From Eledone cirrhosa (lineage: Eukaryota), in the NCBI GenBank assembly GCA_964016885.1, contig OZ024740.1, positions 112,282,001 to 112,346,000 of the forward strand: 64,000 nucleotides of DNA, in the 5' to 3' direction. The position numbers and the translations under genes are program-made. Shown here in pieces: positions 38,438 to 52,640 of the stretch (its first letter is position 1; each line of letters begins with the position of its first letter). The notes beneath the pieces are model-generated. The model had not been told where the DNA came from and did no database searches. It saw only the letters and a list, made by a program, of their open reading frames with translations.

Positions 38438-41400
38438 CAGCCCACACTGTAAAGTAGCCGTGTTGGTGTCATGACAAAAATCACCCAGCCCACACTGTAA
38501 AGTAGTCGTGTAGGTGACACAACAAAAATCACCCAGCCCACACTGTAAAGTGGTCGTGTTGACGACACAACAAAGATTGCCCAGCCCACACTGTAAAGTG
38601 GTCGTGTTGACGACACAACAAAGATTGCCCAGCCCACACTGTAAAGTGGTCGTGTAGGTGCCACGACAAAAATCACCCAGCCTACACTGTAAAGTAGCCG
38701 TGTTGGTGTCATGACAAAAATCACCCAGCCCACATTGTAAAGTGGCCGTGTTGGTGTCATGACAAAAATCACCCAGCCCACACTGTAAAGTAGCCGTGTT
38801 GGTGTCATGACAAAAAGTACCCAGCCCACACTGTAAAGTAGCCGTGTTGGTGTCACGACAAAAAGTACCCAGCCCACACTGTAAAGTAGCCGTGTTGGTG
38901 TCACGACAAAAATCACCCAGCCCACACTGTAAAGTAGTCGTGTTGGTGTCATGACAAAAATCACCCAGCCCACACTGTAAAGTAGCCGTGTTGGTGTCAT
39001 GACAAAAATCACCCAGCCCACACTGTAAAGTAGCCGTGTTGGTGTCATGACAAAAATCACCTAGCCCACACTGTAAAGTAGCCGTGTTGGTGTCATGACA
39101 AAAATCACCCAGCCCACACTGTAAAGTAGCCGTGTTGGTGTCATGACAAAAAGCACCCAGCCCACACTGTAAAGTAGCCGTGTTGGTGTCATGACACAAA
39201 GTACCCAGCCCACACTGTAAAGTAGCCGTGTTGGTGTCACGACAAAAATCACCCAGCCCACACTGTAAAGTAGTCGTGTTGGTGTCATGACAAAAATCAC
39301 CCAGCCCACACTGTAAAGTAGCCGTGTTGGTGTCATGACAAAAAGGACCCAGCCCACACTGTAAAGTAGCCGTGTTGGTGTCATGACAAAAATCACCTAG
39401 CCCACACTGTAAAGTAGCCGTGTTGGTGTCATGACAAAAATCACCCAGCCCACACTGTAAAGTAGCCGTGTTGGTGTCATGACAAAAAGCACCCAGCCCA
39501 CACTGTAAAGTAGCCGTGTTGGTGTCATGACAAAAAGTACCCAGCCCACACTGTAAAGTAGCCGTGTTGGTGTCATGACAAAAATCACCCAGCCCACACT
39601 ATAAAGTAGCCGTGTTGGTGTCATGACAAAAAGTACCCAGCCCACACTGTAAAGTAGCCGTGTTGGTGTCATGACAAAAATTACCCAGCCCACACTGTAA
39701 AGTAGCCGTATTGGTGTCATGACAAAAATCACCCAGCCCACACTGTAAAGTAGCCGTGTTGGTGTCATGACAAAAAGCACCCAGCCCACACTGTAAAGTA
39801 GCCGTGGTGGTGTCATGACAAAAAGCACCCAGCCAACACTGTAAAGTAGTCGTGTAGGTGTCACGACAAAAAGTACCCAGCCCACACTGTAAAGTAGCCG
39901 TGGTGGTGTCATGACAAAAAACACCCAGCCCACACTGTAAAGTAGCCGTGTAGGTGTCACGACAAAAAGTACCCAGCGCACACTGTAAAGTAGTCGTGTT
40001 GGTGTCATGACAAAAATCACCCAGCCCACACTGTAAAGTAGCCGTGTTGGTGTCATGACAAAAAGCACCCAGCCCACACTGTAAAGTAGCCGTGGTGGTG
40101 TCATGACAAAAATCACCCAGCCCACACTGTAAAGTAGCCGTGTTGGTGTCACGACAAAAAGCACCCAGCGCACACTGTAAAGTAGTCGTGTTGGTATTAC
40201 GACAAAAAGCACCCAGCGCACACTGTAAAGTAGCCGTGTAGGTGTCACGACAAAAAGCACCCAGCGCACACTGTAAAGTAGCCGTGTAGGTGTCACGACA
40301 AAAAGCACCCAGCGCACACTGTAAAGTAGCCGTGGTGGTGTCATGACAAAAATCACCTAGCCCACACTGTAAAGTAGCCGTGTTGGTGTCATGACAAAAA
40401 TCACCCAGCCCACACTGTAAAGTAGCCGTGTTGGTGTCATGACAAAAAGCACCCAGCCCACACTGTAAAGTAGCCGTGTTGGTATCATGACAAAAAGTAC
40501 CCAGCCCACACTGTAAAGTAGCCGTGTTGGTGTCATGACAAAAATCACCCACCCCACACTATAAATTAGCCGTGTTGGTGTCATGACAAAAAGTACCCAG
40601 CCCACACTGTAAAGTAGCCGTGTTGGTGTCATGACAAAAATTACCCAGCCCACACTGTAAAGTAGCCGTATTGGTGTCATGACAAAAATCACCCAGCCCA
40701 CACTGTAAAGTAGCCGTGTTGGTGTCATGACAAAAAGCACCCAGCCCACACTGTAAAGTAGCCGTGGTGGTGTCATGACAAAAAGCACCCAGCCAACACT
40801 GTAAAGTAGTCGTGTAGGTGTCACGACAAAAAGTACCCAGCCCACACTGTAAAGTAGCCGTGGTGGTGTCATGACAAAAATCACCCAGCCCACATTGTAA
40901 AGTGGCCGTGTTGGTGTCACGACAAAAAGTACCCAGCGCACACTGTAAAGTAGTCGTGTTGGTGTCATGACAAAAATCACCCAGCCCACACTGTAAAGTA
41001 GCCGTGTTGGTGTCATGACAAAAAGTACCCAGCCCACACTGTAAAGTAGCCGTGTTGGTGTCACGACAAAAAGTACCCAGCCCACACTGTAAAGTAGCCG
41101 TGTTGGTGTCACGACAAAAATCACCCAGCCCACACTGTAAAGTAGTCGTGTTGGTGTCATGACAAAAATCACCCAGCCCACACTGTAAAGTAGCCGTGTT
41201 GGTGTCATGACAAAAATCACCCAGCCCACACTGTAAAGTAGCCGTGTTGGTGTCATGACAAAAATCACCTAGCCCACACTGTAAAGTAGCCGTGTTGGTG
41301 TCATGACAAAAATCACCCAGCCCACACTGTAAAGTAGCCGTGTTGGTGTCATGACAAAAAGCACCCAGCCCACACTGTAAAGTAGCCGTGTTGGTGTCAT

Positions 41401-44400
41401 GACACAAAGTACCCAGCCCACACTGTAAAGTAGCCGTGTTGGTGTCACGACAAAAATCACCCAGCCCACACTGTAAAGTAGTCGTGTTGGTGTCATGACA
41501 AAAATCACCCAGCCCACACTGTAAAGTAGCCGTGTTGGTGTCATGACAAAAAGGACCCAGCCCACACTGTAAAGTAGCCGTGTTGGTGTCATGACAAAAA
41601 TCACCTAGCCCACACTGTAAAGTAGCCGTGTTGGTGTCATGACAAAAATCACCCAGCCCACACTGTAAAGTAGCCGTGTTGGTGTCATGACAAAAAGCAC
41701 CCAGCCCACACTGTAAAGTAGCCGTGTTGGTGTCATGACAAAAAGTACCCAGCCCACACTGTAAAGTAGCCGTGTTGGTGTCATGACAAAAATCACCCAG
41801 CCCACACTATAAAGTAGCCGTGTTGGTGTCATGACAAAAAGTACCCAGCCCACACTGTAAAGTAGCCGTGTTGGTGTCATGACAAAAATTACCCAGCCCA
41901 CACTGTAAAGTAGCCGTATTGGTGTCATGACAAAAATCACCCAGCCCACACTGTAAAGTAGCCGTGTTGGTGTCATGACAAAAAGCACCCAGCCCACACT
42001 GTAAAGTAGCCGTGGTGGTGTCATGACAAAAAGCACCCAGCCAACACTGTAAAGTAGTCGTGTAGGTGTCACGACAAAAAGTACCCAGCCCACACTGTAA
42101 AGTAGCCGTGGTGGTGTCATGACAAAAAACACCCAGCCCACACTGTAAAGTAGCCGTGTAGGTGTCACGACAAAAAGTACCCAGCGCACACTGTAAAGTA
42201 GTCGTGTTGGTGTCATGACAAAAATCACCCAGCCCACACTGTAAAGTAGCCGTGTTGGTGTCATGACAAAAAGCACCCAGCCCACACTGTAAAGTAGCCG
42301 TGGTGGTGTCATGACAAAAATCACCCAGCCCACACTGTAAAGTAGCCGTGTTGGTGTCACGACAAAAAGCACCCAGCGCACACTGTAAAGTAGTCGTGTT
42401 GGTATTACGACAAAAAGCACCCAGCGCACACTGTAAAGTAGCCGTGTAGGTGTCACGACAAAAAGCACCCAGCGCACACTGTAAAGTAGTCGTGTAGGTG
42501 TCACGACAAAAAGCACCCAGCGCACACTGTAAAGTAGCCGTGTTGGTGTCATGACAAAAATTACCCAGCCCACACTGTAAAGTAGCCGTATTGGTGTCAT
42601 GACAAAAATCACCCAGCCCACACTGTAAAGTAGCCGTGTTGGTGTCATGACAAAAAGCACCCAGCCCACACTGTAAAGTAGCCGTGGTGGTGTCATGACA
42701 AAAAGCACCCAGCCAACACTGTAAAGTAGTCGTGTAGGTGTCACGACAAAAAGTACCCAGCCCACACTGTAAAGTAGCCGTGGTGGTGTCATGACAAAAA
42801 ACACCCAGCCCACACTGTAAAGTAGCCGTGTAGGTGTCACGACAAAAAGTACCCAGCGCACACTGTAAAGTAGTCGTGTTGGTGTCATGACAAAAATCAC
42901 CCAGCCCACACTGTAAAGTAGCCGTGTTGGTGTCATGACAAAAAGCACCCAGCCCACACTGTAAAGTAGCCGTGGTGGTGTCATGACAAAAATCACCCAG
43001 CCCACACTGTAAAGTAGCCGTGTTGGTGTCACGACAAAAAGCACCCAGCGCACACTGTAAAGTAGTCGTGTTGGTATTACGACAAAAAGCACCCAGCGCA
43101 CACTGTAAAGTAGCCGTGTAGGTGTCACGACAAAAAGCACCCAGCGCACACTGTAAAGTAGCCGTGTAGGTGTCACGACAAAAAGCACCCAGCGCACACT
43201 GTAAAGTAGCCGTGGTGGTGTCATGACAAAAATCACCTAGCCCACACTGTAAAGTAGCCGTGTTGGTGTCATGACAAAAATCACCCAGCCCACACTGTAA
43301 AGTAGCCGTGTTGGTGTCATGACAAAAAGCACCCAGCCCACACTGTAAAGTAGCCGTGTTGGTATCATGACAAAAAGTACCCAGCCCACACTGTAAAGTA
43401 GCCGTGTTGGTGTCATGACAAAAATCACCCACCCCACACTATAAAGTAGCCGTGTTGGTGTCATGACAAAAAGTACCCAGCCCACACTGTAAAGTAGCCG
43501 TGTTGGTGTCATGACAAAAATTACCCAGCCCACACTGTAAAGTAGCCGTATTGGTGTCATGACAAAAATCACCCAGCCCACACTGTAAAGTAGCCGTGTT
43601 GGTGTCATGACAAAAAGCACCCAGCCCACACTGTAAAGTAGCCGTGGTGGTGTCATGACAAAAAGCACCCAGCCAACACTGTAAAGTAGTCGTGTAGGTG
43701 TCACGACAAAAAGTACCCAGCCCACACTGTAAAGTAGCCGTGGTGGTGTCATGACAAAAATCACCCAGCCCACATTGTAAAGTGGCCGTGTTGGTGTCAC
43801 GACAAAAAGTACCCAGCGCACACTGTAAAGTAGTCGTGTTGGTGTCATGACAAAAATCACCCAGCCCACACTGTAAAGTAGCCGTGTTGGTGTCATGACA
43901 AAAAGTACCCAGCCCACACTGTAAAGTAGCCGTGTTGGTGTCACGACAAAAAGTACCCAGCCCACACTGTAAAGTAGCCGTGTTGGTGTCACGACAAAAA
44001 TCACCCAGCCCACACTGTAAAGTAGTCGTGTTGGTGTCATGACAAAAATCACCCAGCCCACACTGTAAAGTAGCCGTGTTGGTGTCATGACAAAAATCAC
44101 CCAGCCCACACTGTAAAGTAGCCGTGTTGGTGTCATGACAAAAATCACCTAGCCCACACTGTAAAGTAGCCGTGTTGGTGTCATGACAAAAATCACCCAG
44201 CCCACACTGTAAAGTAGCCGTGTTGGTGTCATGACAAAAAGCACCCAGCCCACACTGTAAAGTAGCCGTGTTGGTGTCATGACACAAAGTACCCAGCCCA
44301 CACTGTAAAGTAGCCGTGTTGGTGTCACGACAAAAATCACCCAGCCCACACTGTAAAGTAGTCGTGTTGGTGTCATGACAAAAATCACCCAGCCCACACT

Positions 44401-47400
44401 GTAAAGTAGCCGTGTTGGTGTCATGACAAAAAGGACCCAGCCCACACTGTAAAGTAGCCGTGTTGGTGTCATGACAAAAATCACCTAGCCCACACTGTAA
44501 AGTAGCCGTGTTGGTGTCATGACAAAAATCACCCAGCCCACACTGTAAAGTAGCCGTGTTGGTGTCATGACAAAAAGCACCCAGCCCACACTGTAAAGTA
44601 GCCGTGTTGGTGTCATGACAAAAAGTACCCAGCCCACACTGTAAAGTAGCCGTGTTGGTGTCATGACAAAAATCACCCAGCCCACACTATAAAGTAGCCG
44701 TGTTGGTGTCATGACAAAAAGTACCCAGCCCACACTGTAAAGTAGCCGTGTTGGTGTCATGACAAAAATTACCCAGCCCACACTGTAAAGTAGCCGTATT
44801 GGTGTCATGACAAAAATCACCCAGCCCACACTGTAAAGTAGCCGTGTTGGTGTCATGACAAAAAGCACCCAGCCCACACTGTAAAGTAGCCGTGGTGGTG
44901 TCATGACAAAAAGCACCCAGCCAACACTGTAAAGTAGTCGTGTAGGTGTCACGACAAAAAGTACCCAGCCCACACTGTAAAGTAGCCGTGGTGGTGTCAT
45001 GACAAAAAACACCCAGCCCACACTGTAAAGTAGCCGTGTAGGTGTCACGACAAAAAGTACCCAGCGCACACTGTAAAGTAGTCGTGTTGGTGTCATGACA
45101 AAAATCACCCAGCCCACACTGTAAAGTAGCCGTGTTGGTGTCATGACAAAAAGCACCCAGCCCACACTGTAAAGTAGCCGTGGTGGTGTCATGACAAAAA
45201 TCACCCAGCCCACACTGTAAAGTAGCCGTGTTGGTGTCACGACAAAAAGCACCCAGCGCACACTGTAAAGTAGTCGTGTTGGTATTACGACAAAAAGCAC
45301 CCAGCGCACACTGTAAAGTAGCCGTGTAGGTGTCACGACAAAAAGCACCCAGCGCACACTGTAAAGTAGTCGTGTAGGTGTCACGACAAAAAGCACCCAG
45401 CGCACACTGTAAAGTAGCCGTGGTGGTGTCATGACAAAAATCACCTAGCCCACACTGTAAAGTAGCCGTGTTGGTGTCATGACAAAAATCACCCAGCCCA
45501 CACTGTAAAGTAGCCGTGTTGGTGTCATGACAAAAAGCACCCAGCCCACACTGTAAAGTAGCCGTGTTGGTATCATGACAAAAAGTACCCAGCCCACACT
45601 GTAAAGTAGCCGTGTTGGTGTCATGACAAAAATCACCCACCCCACACTATAAAGTAGCCGTGTTGGTGTCATGACAAAAAGTACCCAGCCCACACTGTAA
45701 AGTAGCCGTGTTGGTGTCATGACAAAAATTACCCAGCCCACACTGTAAAGTAGCCGTATTGGTGTCATGACAAAAATCACCCAGCCCACACTGTAAAGTA
45801 GCCGTGTTGGTGTCATGACAAAAAGCACCCAGCCCACACTGTAAAGTAGCCGTGGTGGTGTCATGACAAAAAGCACCCAGCCAACACTGTAAAGTAGTCG
45901 TGTAGGTGTCACGACAAAAAGTACCCAGCCCACACTGTAAAGTAGCCGTGGTGGTGTCATGACAAAAAGCACCCAGCCCACACTGTAAAGTAGCCGTGTA
46001 GGTGTCACGACAAAAAGTACCCAGCGCACACTGTAAAGTAGTCGTGTTGGTGTCATGACAAAAATCACCCAGCCCACACTGTAAAGTAGCCGTGTTGGTG
46101 TCATGACAAAAAGCACCCAGCCCACACTGTAAAGTAGCCGTGGTGGTGTCATGACAAAAATCACCCAGCCCACACTGTAAAGTAGCCGTGTTGGTGTCAC
46201 GACAAAAAGCACCCAGCGCACACTGTAAAGTAGTCGTGTTGGTGTCACGACAAAAAGCACCCAGCGCACACTGTAAAGTAGCCGTGGTGGTGTCATGACA
46301 AAAATCACCTAGCCCACACTGTAAAGTAGTCGTGTTGGTGTCATGACAAAAATCACCCAGCCCACAATGTAAAGTAGCCGTGTTGGTGTCATGACAAAAA
46401 GCACCCAGCCCACACTGTAAAGTAGCCGTGTTGGTGTCATGACAAAAAGTACCCAGCCCACACTGTAAAGTAGCCGTGTTGGTGTCACGACAAAAATCAC
46501 CCAGCCCACACTGTAAAGTAGTCGTGTTGGTGTCATGACAAAAATCACCCAGCCCACACTGTAAAGTAGCCGTGTTGGTGTCATGACAAAAAGGACCCAG
46601 CCCACACTGTAAAGTAGCCGTGTTGGTGTCATGACAAAAATCACCTAGCCCACACTATAAAGTAGCCGTGTTGGTGTCATGACAAAAAGTACCCAGCCCA
46701 CACTGTAAAGTAGCCGTGTTGGTGTCATGACAAAAATTACCCAGCCCACACTGTAAAGTAGCCGTATTGGTGTCATGACAAAAATCACCCAGCCCACACT
46801 GTAAAGTAGCCGTGTTGGTGTCATGACAAAAATCACCCAGCCCACACTGTAAAGTAGCCGTGTTGGTGTCATGACAAAAAGTACCCAGCCCACACTGTAA
46901 AGTAGCCGTGTTGGTGTCATGACAAAAATCACCCAGCCCACACTATAAAGTAGCCGTGTTGGTGTCATGACAAAAAGTACCCAGCCCACACTGTAAAGTA
47001 GCCGTGTTGGTGTCATGACAAAAATTACCCAGCCCACACTGTAAAGTAGCCGTATTGGTGTCATGACAAAAATCACCCAGCCCACACTGTAAAGTAGCCG
47101 TGTTGGTGTCATGACAAAAAGCACCCAGCCCACACTGTAAAGTAGCCGTGGTGGTGTCATGACAAAAAGCACCCAGCCAACACTGTAAAGTAGTCGTGTA
47201 GGTGTCACGACAAAAAGTACCCAGCCCACACTGTAAAGTAGCCGTGGTGGTGTCATGACAAAAAGCACCCAGCCCACACTGTAAAGTAGCCGTGTAGGTG
47301 TCACGACAAAAAGTACCCAGCGCACACTGTAAAGTAGTCGTGTTGGTGTCATGACAAAAATAACCCAGCTCACACTGTAAAGTAGCCGTGTTGGTGTCAT

Positions 47401-48533
47401 GACAAAAAGCACCCAGCCCACACTGTAAAGTAGCCGTGGTGGTGTCATGACAAAAATCACCCAGCCCACACTGTAAAGTAGCCGTGTTGGTGTCACGACA
47501 AAAAGCACCCAGCGCACACTGTAAAGTAGTCGTGTTGGTGTTACGACAAAAAGCACCCAGCGCACACTGTAAAGTAGCCGTGTAGGTGTCACGACAAAAA
47601 GCACCCAGCGCACACTGTAAAGTAGCCGTGTAGGTGTCACGACAAAAAGCACCCAGCGCACACTGTAAAGTAGCCGTGGTGGTGTCACGACAAAAATCAC
47701 CCAGCGCACACTGTAAAGTAGTCATGGTGGTGTCACGACAAAAAGCACCCAGCGCACACTGTAAAGTAGTCGTGGTGGTGTCACGACAAAAAGCACCCAG
47801 CGCACACTGTAAAGTAGTCGTGGTGGTGTCACGACAAAAAGCACCCAGCGCACACTGTAAAGTAGTCGTGGTGGTGTCACGACAAAAAGCACCCAGCGCA
47901 CACTGTAAAGTAGTCGTGGTGGTGTCACGACAAAAAGCACCCAGCGCACACTGTAAAGTAGTCGTGGTGGTGTCACGACAAAAAGCACCCAGCGCACACT
48001 GTAAAGTAGCCGTGGTGGTGTCACGACAAAAAGCACCCAGCGCACACTGTAAAGTAGTCGTGGTGGTGTCACGACAAAAAGCACCCAGCGCACACTGTAA
48101 AGTAGTCGTGGTGGTGTCACGACAAAAAGCACCCAGCGCACACTGTAAAGTAGTCGTGGTGGTGTCACGACAAAAAGTACCCAGCCCACACTGTAAAGTA
48201 GCCGTGGTGGTGTCACGACAAAAAGTACCCAGCGCACACTGTAAAGTAGTCGTGGTGGCGTCACGACAAAAAGTACCCAGCCCACACTGTAAAGTAGCCG
48301 TGGTGGTGTCACGACAAAAAGTACCCAGCGCACACTGTAAAGTAGTCGTGGTGGTGTCACGACAAAAAGTACCCAGCGCACACTGTAAAGTAGCCGTGGT
48401 GGTGTCACGACAAAAAGCACCCAGCGCACACTGTAAAGTAGTCGTGTTGGTGTTATGACAAAAAGCACCCAGCGCACACTGTAAAGTAGTCGTGGTGGTG
48501 TCACGACAAAAAGCACCCAGCGCACACTGTAAA
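38438..48533 (+). repeat. 48-bp tandem array, 210 units, SINE-derived, with higher-order repeat structure
   Basis: Consensus CAGCCCACACTGTAAAGTAGCCGTGTTGGTGTCATGACAAAAATCACC; first and last unit starts 38438 and 48518 differ by 10080 = 210 x 48. Confidence 0.98.
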
Positions 48534-48697
48534 TGTGGTTGGCGTTAGGAAGGGAATCGAGCTGTAGAAACCAAGTGAAAATCAGTTGTGTGAGCAAAAC
48601 ATGATCCTCCGACCTGGTTCTCTTAACAGGACATCCCGTCTACCGTCCTACTCATGCTAGCGTGGGAAATAAATGTTAAATGATGATGATGATGATG
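48534..48697 (+). mobile_element. SINE 3' tail contiguous with the 48-bp array
   Basis: GGTTGGCGTTAGGAAGGGAATCGAGCTGTAGAAACC...CATGCTAGCGTGGGAAATAAATGTTAAATGATGATGAT. Confidence 0.85.
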
Positions 48698-48765
48698 AAT
48701 TTACAGTACATAAAAATTGGACATGTTTATATATTCATATATTCAATGTGGAAATGTATATACAC

Positions 48766-49700
48766 ATGTACACACCCATGGTTACCACTGTACTCTATAT
48801 GTCCACACCCATGGTTACCACGGTACTCTATATGTCCACACCCATGGTTACCACTGTACTCTATATGTACACAGCCATGGTTACTATTGTTCTTTATATG
48901 TACACAGCCATGGTTACTACTGTACTTTATATGTACACAGCCATGGTTACCATTGTACTCTATATGTACACAGTCATGGTTACAACTGTACTTTATAGGT
49001 ACACAGCCATGGTTACCATTGTACTCTATATGTACACAGTCATGGTTACTACTGCACTTTATATGTACACAGCCATGGTTACCATTGTACTCTATATGTA
49101 CACAGCCATGGTTACAACTGTACTCTATATGTACACAGCCATGGTTACTACTGTTCTTTATATGTACACAGCCATGGTTACTACTGTTCTTTATATGTAC
49201 ACACCCATGGTTACTACTGTACTTTATATGTACACAGTCATGGTTACAACTGTACTTTATATGTACACAGCCATGGTTACCATTGTACTCTATATGTACA
49301 CAGTCATGGTTACCACTGTGCTCTATATGTCCACACCCATGGTTACTACTGCACTTTATATACACGCAGTCATGGTTACCACTGTACTCTATATTCACAC
49401 AGCCATGGTTACCAATGTACTTTATATATACACTGCTACGGTTACCACTGTACTCTATATGTACACACCCATGGTAGTTACTACTGTACTCTATACATAC
49501 ACTGTCATGGTTACCACTATACTCTATATGTACACAGCCATGGTTACTACTGTACTCTATGCCTACAGCTATGGTTACCATTGTACTCTATATGTACACG
49601 ACCATGGTTACCACTGTATTCTACATGTACACATCCATGGTTACCACTGTACTCTATATGTACACTGTCATGGTTACAATTGTACTCTATATGTACTTTA
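48766..49700. repeat. 33-bp minisatellite, ~28 units
   Basis: ATGTACACAGCCATGGTTACCACTGTACTCTAT-like unit (11-aa periodicity in the ORF track). Confidence 0.95.
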
Positions 49701-49781
49701 TCATATACATTGTTGCTTAGTGCACAATTTAATATATATGTGAGTGTATGAGAGAGAGTGTGTGTCTGTATTTGTATAGTT

Positions 49782-49862
<81 letters not shown>

Positions 49863-50213
49863 GACAGAAGGAGAGAAAGATTGATAGATATGTATGAGTA
49901 TATCGTCATCACCATTTATTGTCTGCTTTCCCCACCAGCAAGGCTTGGGTGTCATGGTAGGGGTGGGGACACACACTCTGTCATTTACCAATAATTATTG
50001 CGCCAAGAGAAATCAGGTATAATTCCATACTGTACTGTGTCATTGATTCTACCAAATAAGAATATGGGTGGGGCTGAAGCAGGGGGCAGGGCACTTATTG
50101 ATTGATTGACAACTAATGATTAATGTACTGCACATGTCCACACACACACACACACTCATTGGCACACACACACATAGACACACACACACACATATATATA
50201 CACAGACAGACAG

Positions 50214-50252
<39 letters not shown>

Positions 50253-50299
50253 CATATATATACACATATATATATATACAAAGACAGACACACACACCC

Positions 50300-50352
<53 letters not shown>

Positions 50353-50428
50353 CACATATATATATACAAAGACAGACACACACACGCACACGCACACGCA
50401 CACGAACACGCACACACACACACATATA

Positions 50429-50481
<53 letters not shown>

Positions 50482-51034
50482 ACACATACATACTCATGTA
50501 CTGACACACACACATACAAGAATAAGCATGTGTGCACAAATACATGTACCCACACACAGAAACTCAGTCACATGTGCATACACACATGCAATTTCTCACA
50601 CACATACATAGATACATACATATATACACTCATATATACATGTACAATCACACACATCACTTGAATTAAAAGATGCTTTGGTAATAATTCTATAATGATA
50701 ACTTACATTTTGACATTCAAAGTAAAACAGGTTCAAATCTTCTGACACACATATAACTACATAATCACATATATAAACACACACCTACATAAGCACATAC
50801 ATAAAATATACATAAATGTACACATACATAAACACTCACACATGCATGCATGCATACATACATAAACACATTCAAACATACATTTAAATATACATAAAAT
50901 CTACATAAAATCTACATTAAACGTACACATACATAAAAAACATTCACACATGCATGCATACATACATAAACAGATGGTGGCTGCCAACTCGTTTTCGAGT
51001 ACGGCCACTACTTTATATCCATGTAGGAGAACCC

Positions 51035-51250
51035 CTACCAATGCGCTGAACGAGTGTGACTTTTTAGTCCAGCCAACGACTTGAAAACTCTGGTACAAAC
51101 ACTACACCTGTGACAATTATTGACACATAGTGCTGGGCCCATGGTACCATGTGACGACAAGTGCAGAGAGATCAGAGATCTCCAGATATAAAGCAATGCC
51201 TGTGCCGTGAAGCTTTTATAGTGAGCAAAGGCACTGCACAAAGCCAGTCC
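51035..51250 (-). mobile_element. Probable LINE 3' end fossil with terminal C2H2 zinc finger
   Basis: CSVCTRVFKSLAGLKSHTRSAH close to a stop; a single finger with no linker, as at the C-terminus of some RTE-like ORFs. Confidence 0.5.
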
Positions 51251-51309
51251 CACTCTCTTAACCAAGATAATATTTACCAAAAAGAAGAACAAGTCAACAT
51301 CATTGGATA

Positions 51310-51590
51310 CCATCAGGGTTGCAGGTGTTATATCAGAGTTTTCCTTCTCCTAGAATTCTGCCTTGACAAAGGCTAAGGGGTCATCTCTCCCAGTGATTTG
51401 GGATGGCCATTGACTCTAAAGAGCTCCTTTGCCCTTTGACAGGTTTTATTTTTAGTCCTGCAGGATGTCCAAAGTCACCCTCCTCACCAAGAAACCTTGG
51501 TGGGGTTGCCAGTTTAGTCGCCAACGACCCGACCATGGGACAGGTTGTACTGGGATACATGTTACCAGTAGCACCAACTGGTGACCTGAC
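51310..51590 (-). mobile_element. Probable RTE-like LINE 5' UTR fragment
   Basis: Minus strand ...TTAGCCTTTGTCAAGGCAGAATTCTAGGAGAAGGAAAACTCTGAT resembles a motif I recall from RTE leaders; similar to the units at 17575-17811. Confidence 0.45.
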
Positions 51591-52179
51591 ACATAAACAG
51601 ATACCTACATACATTCAAACATACATAAACGTACACATACATAAACACTCACACATGCATACATAAGCACATACCTACATACATTCAAACACATAAAATC
51701 TACATAAACGTACACATACATACATTCAAACATACATAAACCATACATAAACGTACACATACATACTCACACGTGCAGATATAAACGCACGCGCACACAC
51801 ACATACACACATACACACAAACACACACACACATACACACACAGAAGTGATGAGTGTGTTTGCTTGTTTTTATTTTTATTTTTTGTTTTACTTTTTTCTG
51901 TGGATCAGGGGTGTTTATGGCTGGGTAACCTCCCTACTGTTAGTCAGTCAACCGTAAAGTTACAGGGGGAACCTCCCTTTTGTCAGTCAAGCTGACTAAA
52001 GCAGACAAGGTTATATTTACAGGGAAACATGGAGAGAGAAAGAAGGGGCGGGGGTTGTAAGTGGTCGCTTGATCTGCTAGAAATAGCAGCCAGATTATTT
52101 GTTTTTGTTTTTATCACATTTTACACATTTGTATTTTTTCACTCATATTGTGTTAAGACCTCCACTGTCCATTCTATCT

Positions 52180-52640
52180 CTCCTACCCACCTACCTACCC
52201 ATCAACCCACCCATCACCCACCCACCAACATACCCATCAACCCACCCATCATCTTAACCCACCATCAGACTCACCAGCCAACCCACCACATATCCGCATT
52301 CCTACCCCCATCCTACCCACCATCTACCCACCAACCTACCCATCAACCCACCCACAATCAGACTCACCAACCCACCCATCAACCCATCCACAACTTACCC
52401 ATCAGCCCACCCACCATCAGACTCACCAACCCACCCACCATCTTAACCGACCATTAGACTCATCAACCCACCCATCAACCCACCCACCATCTTATCCCAC
52501 CATCTACTCACCAATCCACCCATCAACCCACCCACCAACCTTCCCATCAACCCACCCACCATCCTACCCACCACCTACCCATCAACCCACCCACAATCTT
52601 AACCCATCATCAGACTCAGCAACCTACCCACCATACTACA
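52180..52640. repeat. Degenerate (CCCA/CCAT)n tetranucleotide tract
   Basis: Direct inspection. Confidence 0.85.

Noticed and set aside
38438-48533. CRISPR-like array
   Set aside because: No unique spacers, units abut directly, no cas genes, eukaryotic context
38426-48597. Long ORFs with 16-aa repeats (CHDTNTATLQCGLGDF)n, (VMTPTRLLYSVGWVIF)n and (VSRQKAPSAHCKVVVV)n
   Set aside because: Unit length of 48 is divisible by 3, so several frames stay open by default; stops recur with the HOR, and the unit is clearly SINE-derived
48673-49743. 11-aa repeat ORFs (MYTAMVTTVLY)n and (NHGCVHIEYSG)n
   Set aside because: Open in several frames on both strands, as expected for a 33-bp minisatellite; no splice or flanking coding context
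51035-51313. Host C2H2 zinc-finger gene
   Set aside because: Single finger, no TGEKP linker, no exon context; better explained as a LINE C-terminus
51440-51590. HDV-like ribozyme on the minus strand (CCAGT/ACTGG with GACTAA joining strand)
   Set aside because: Could not identify a convincing P1/P1.1; too degenerate to call by eye
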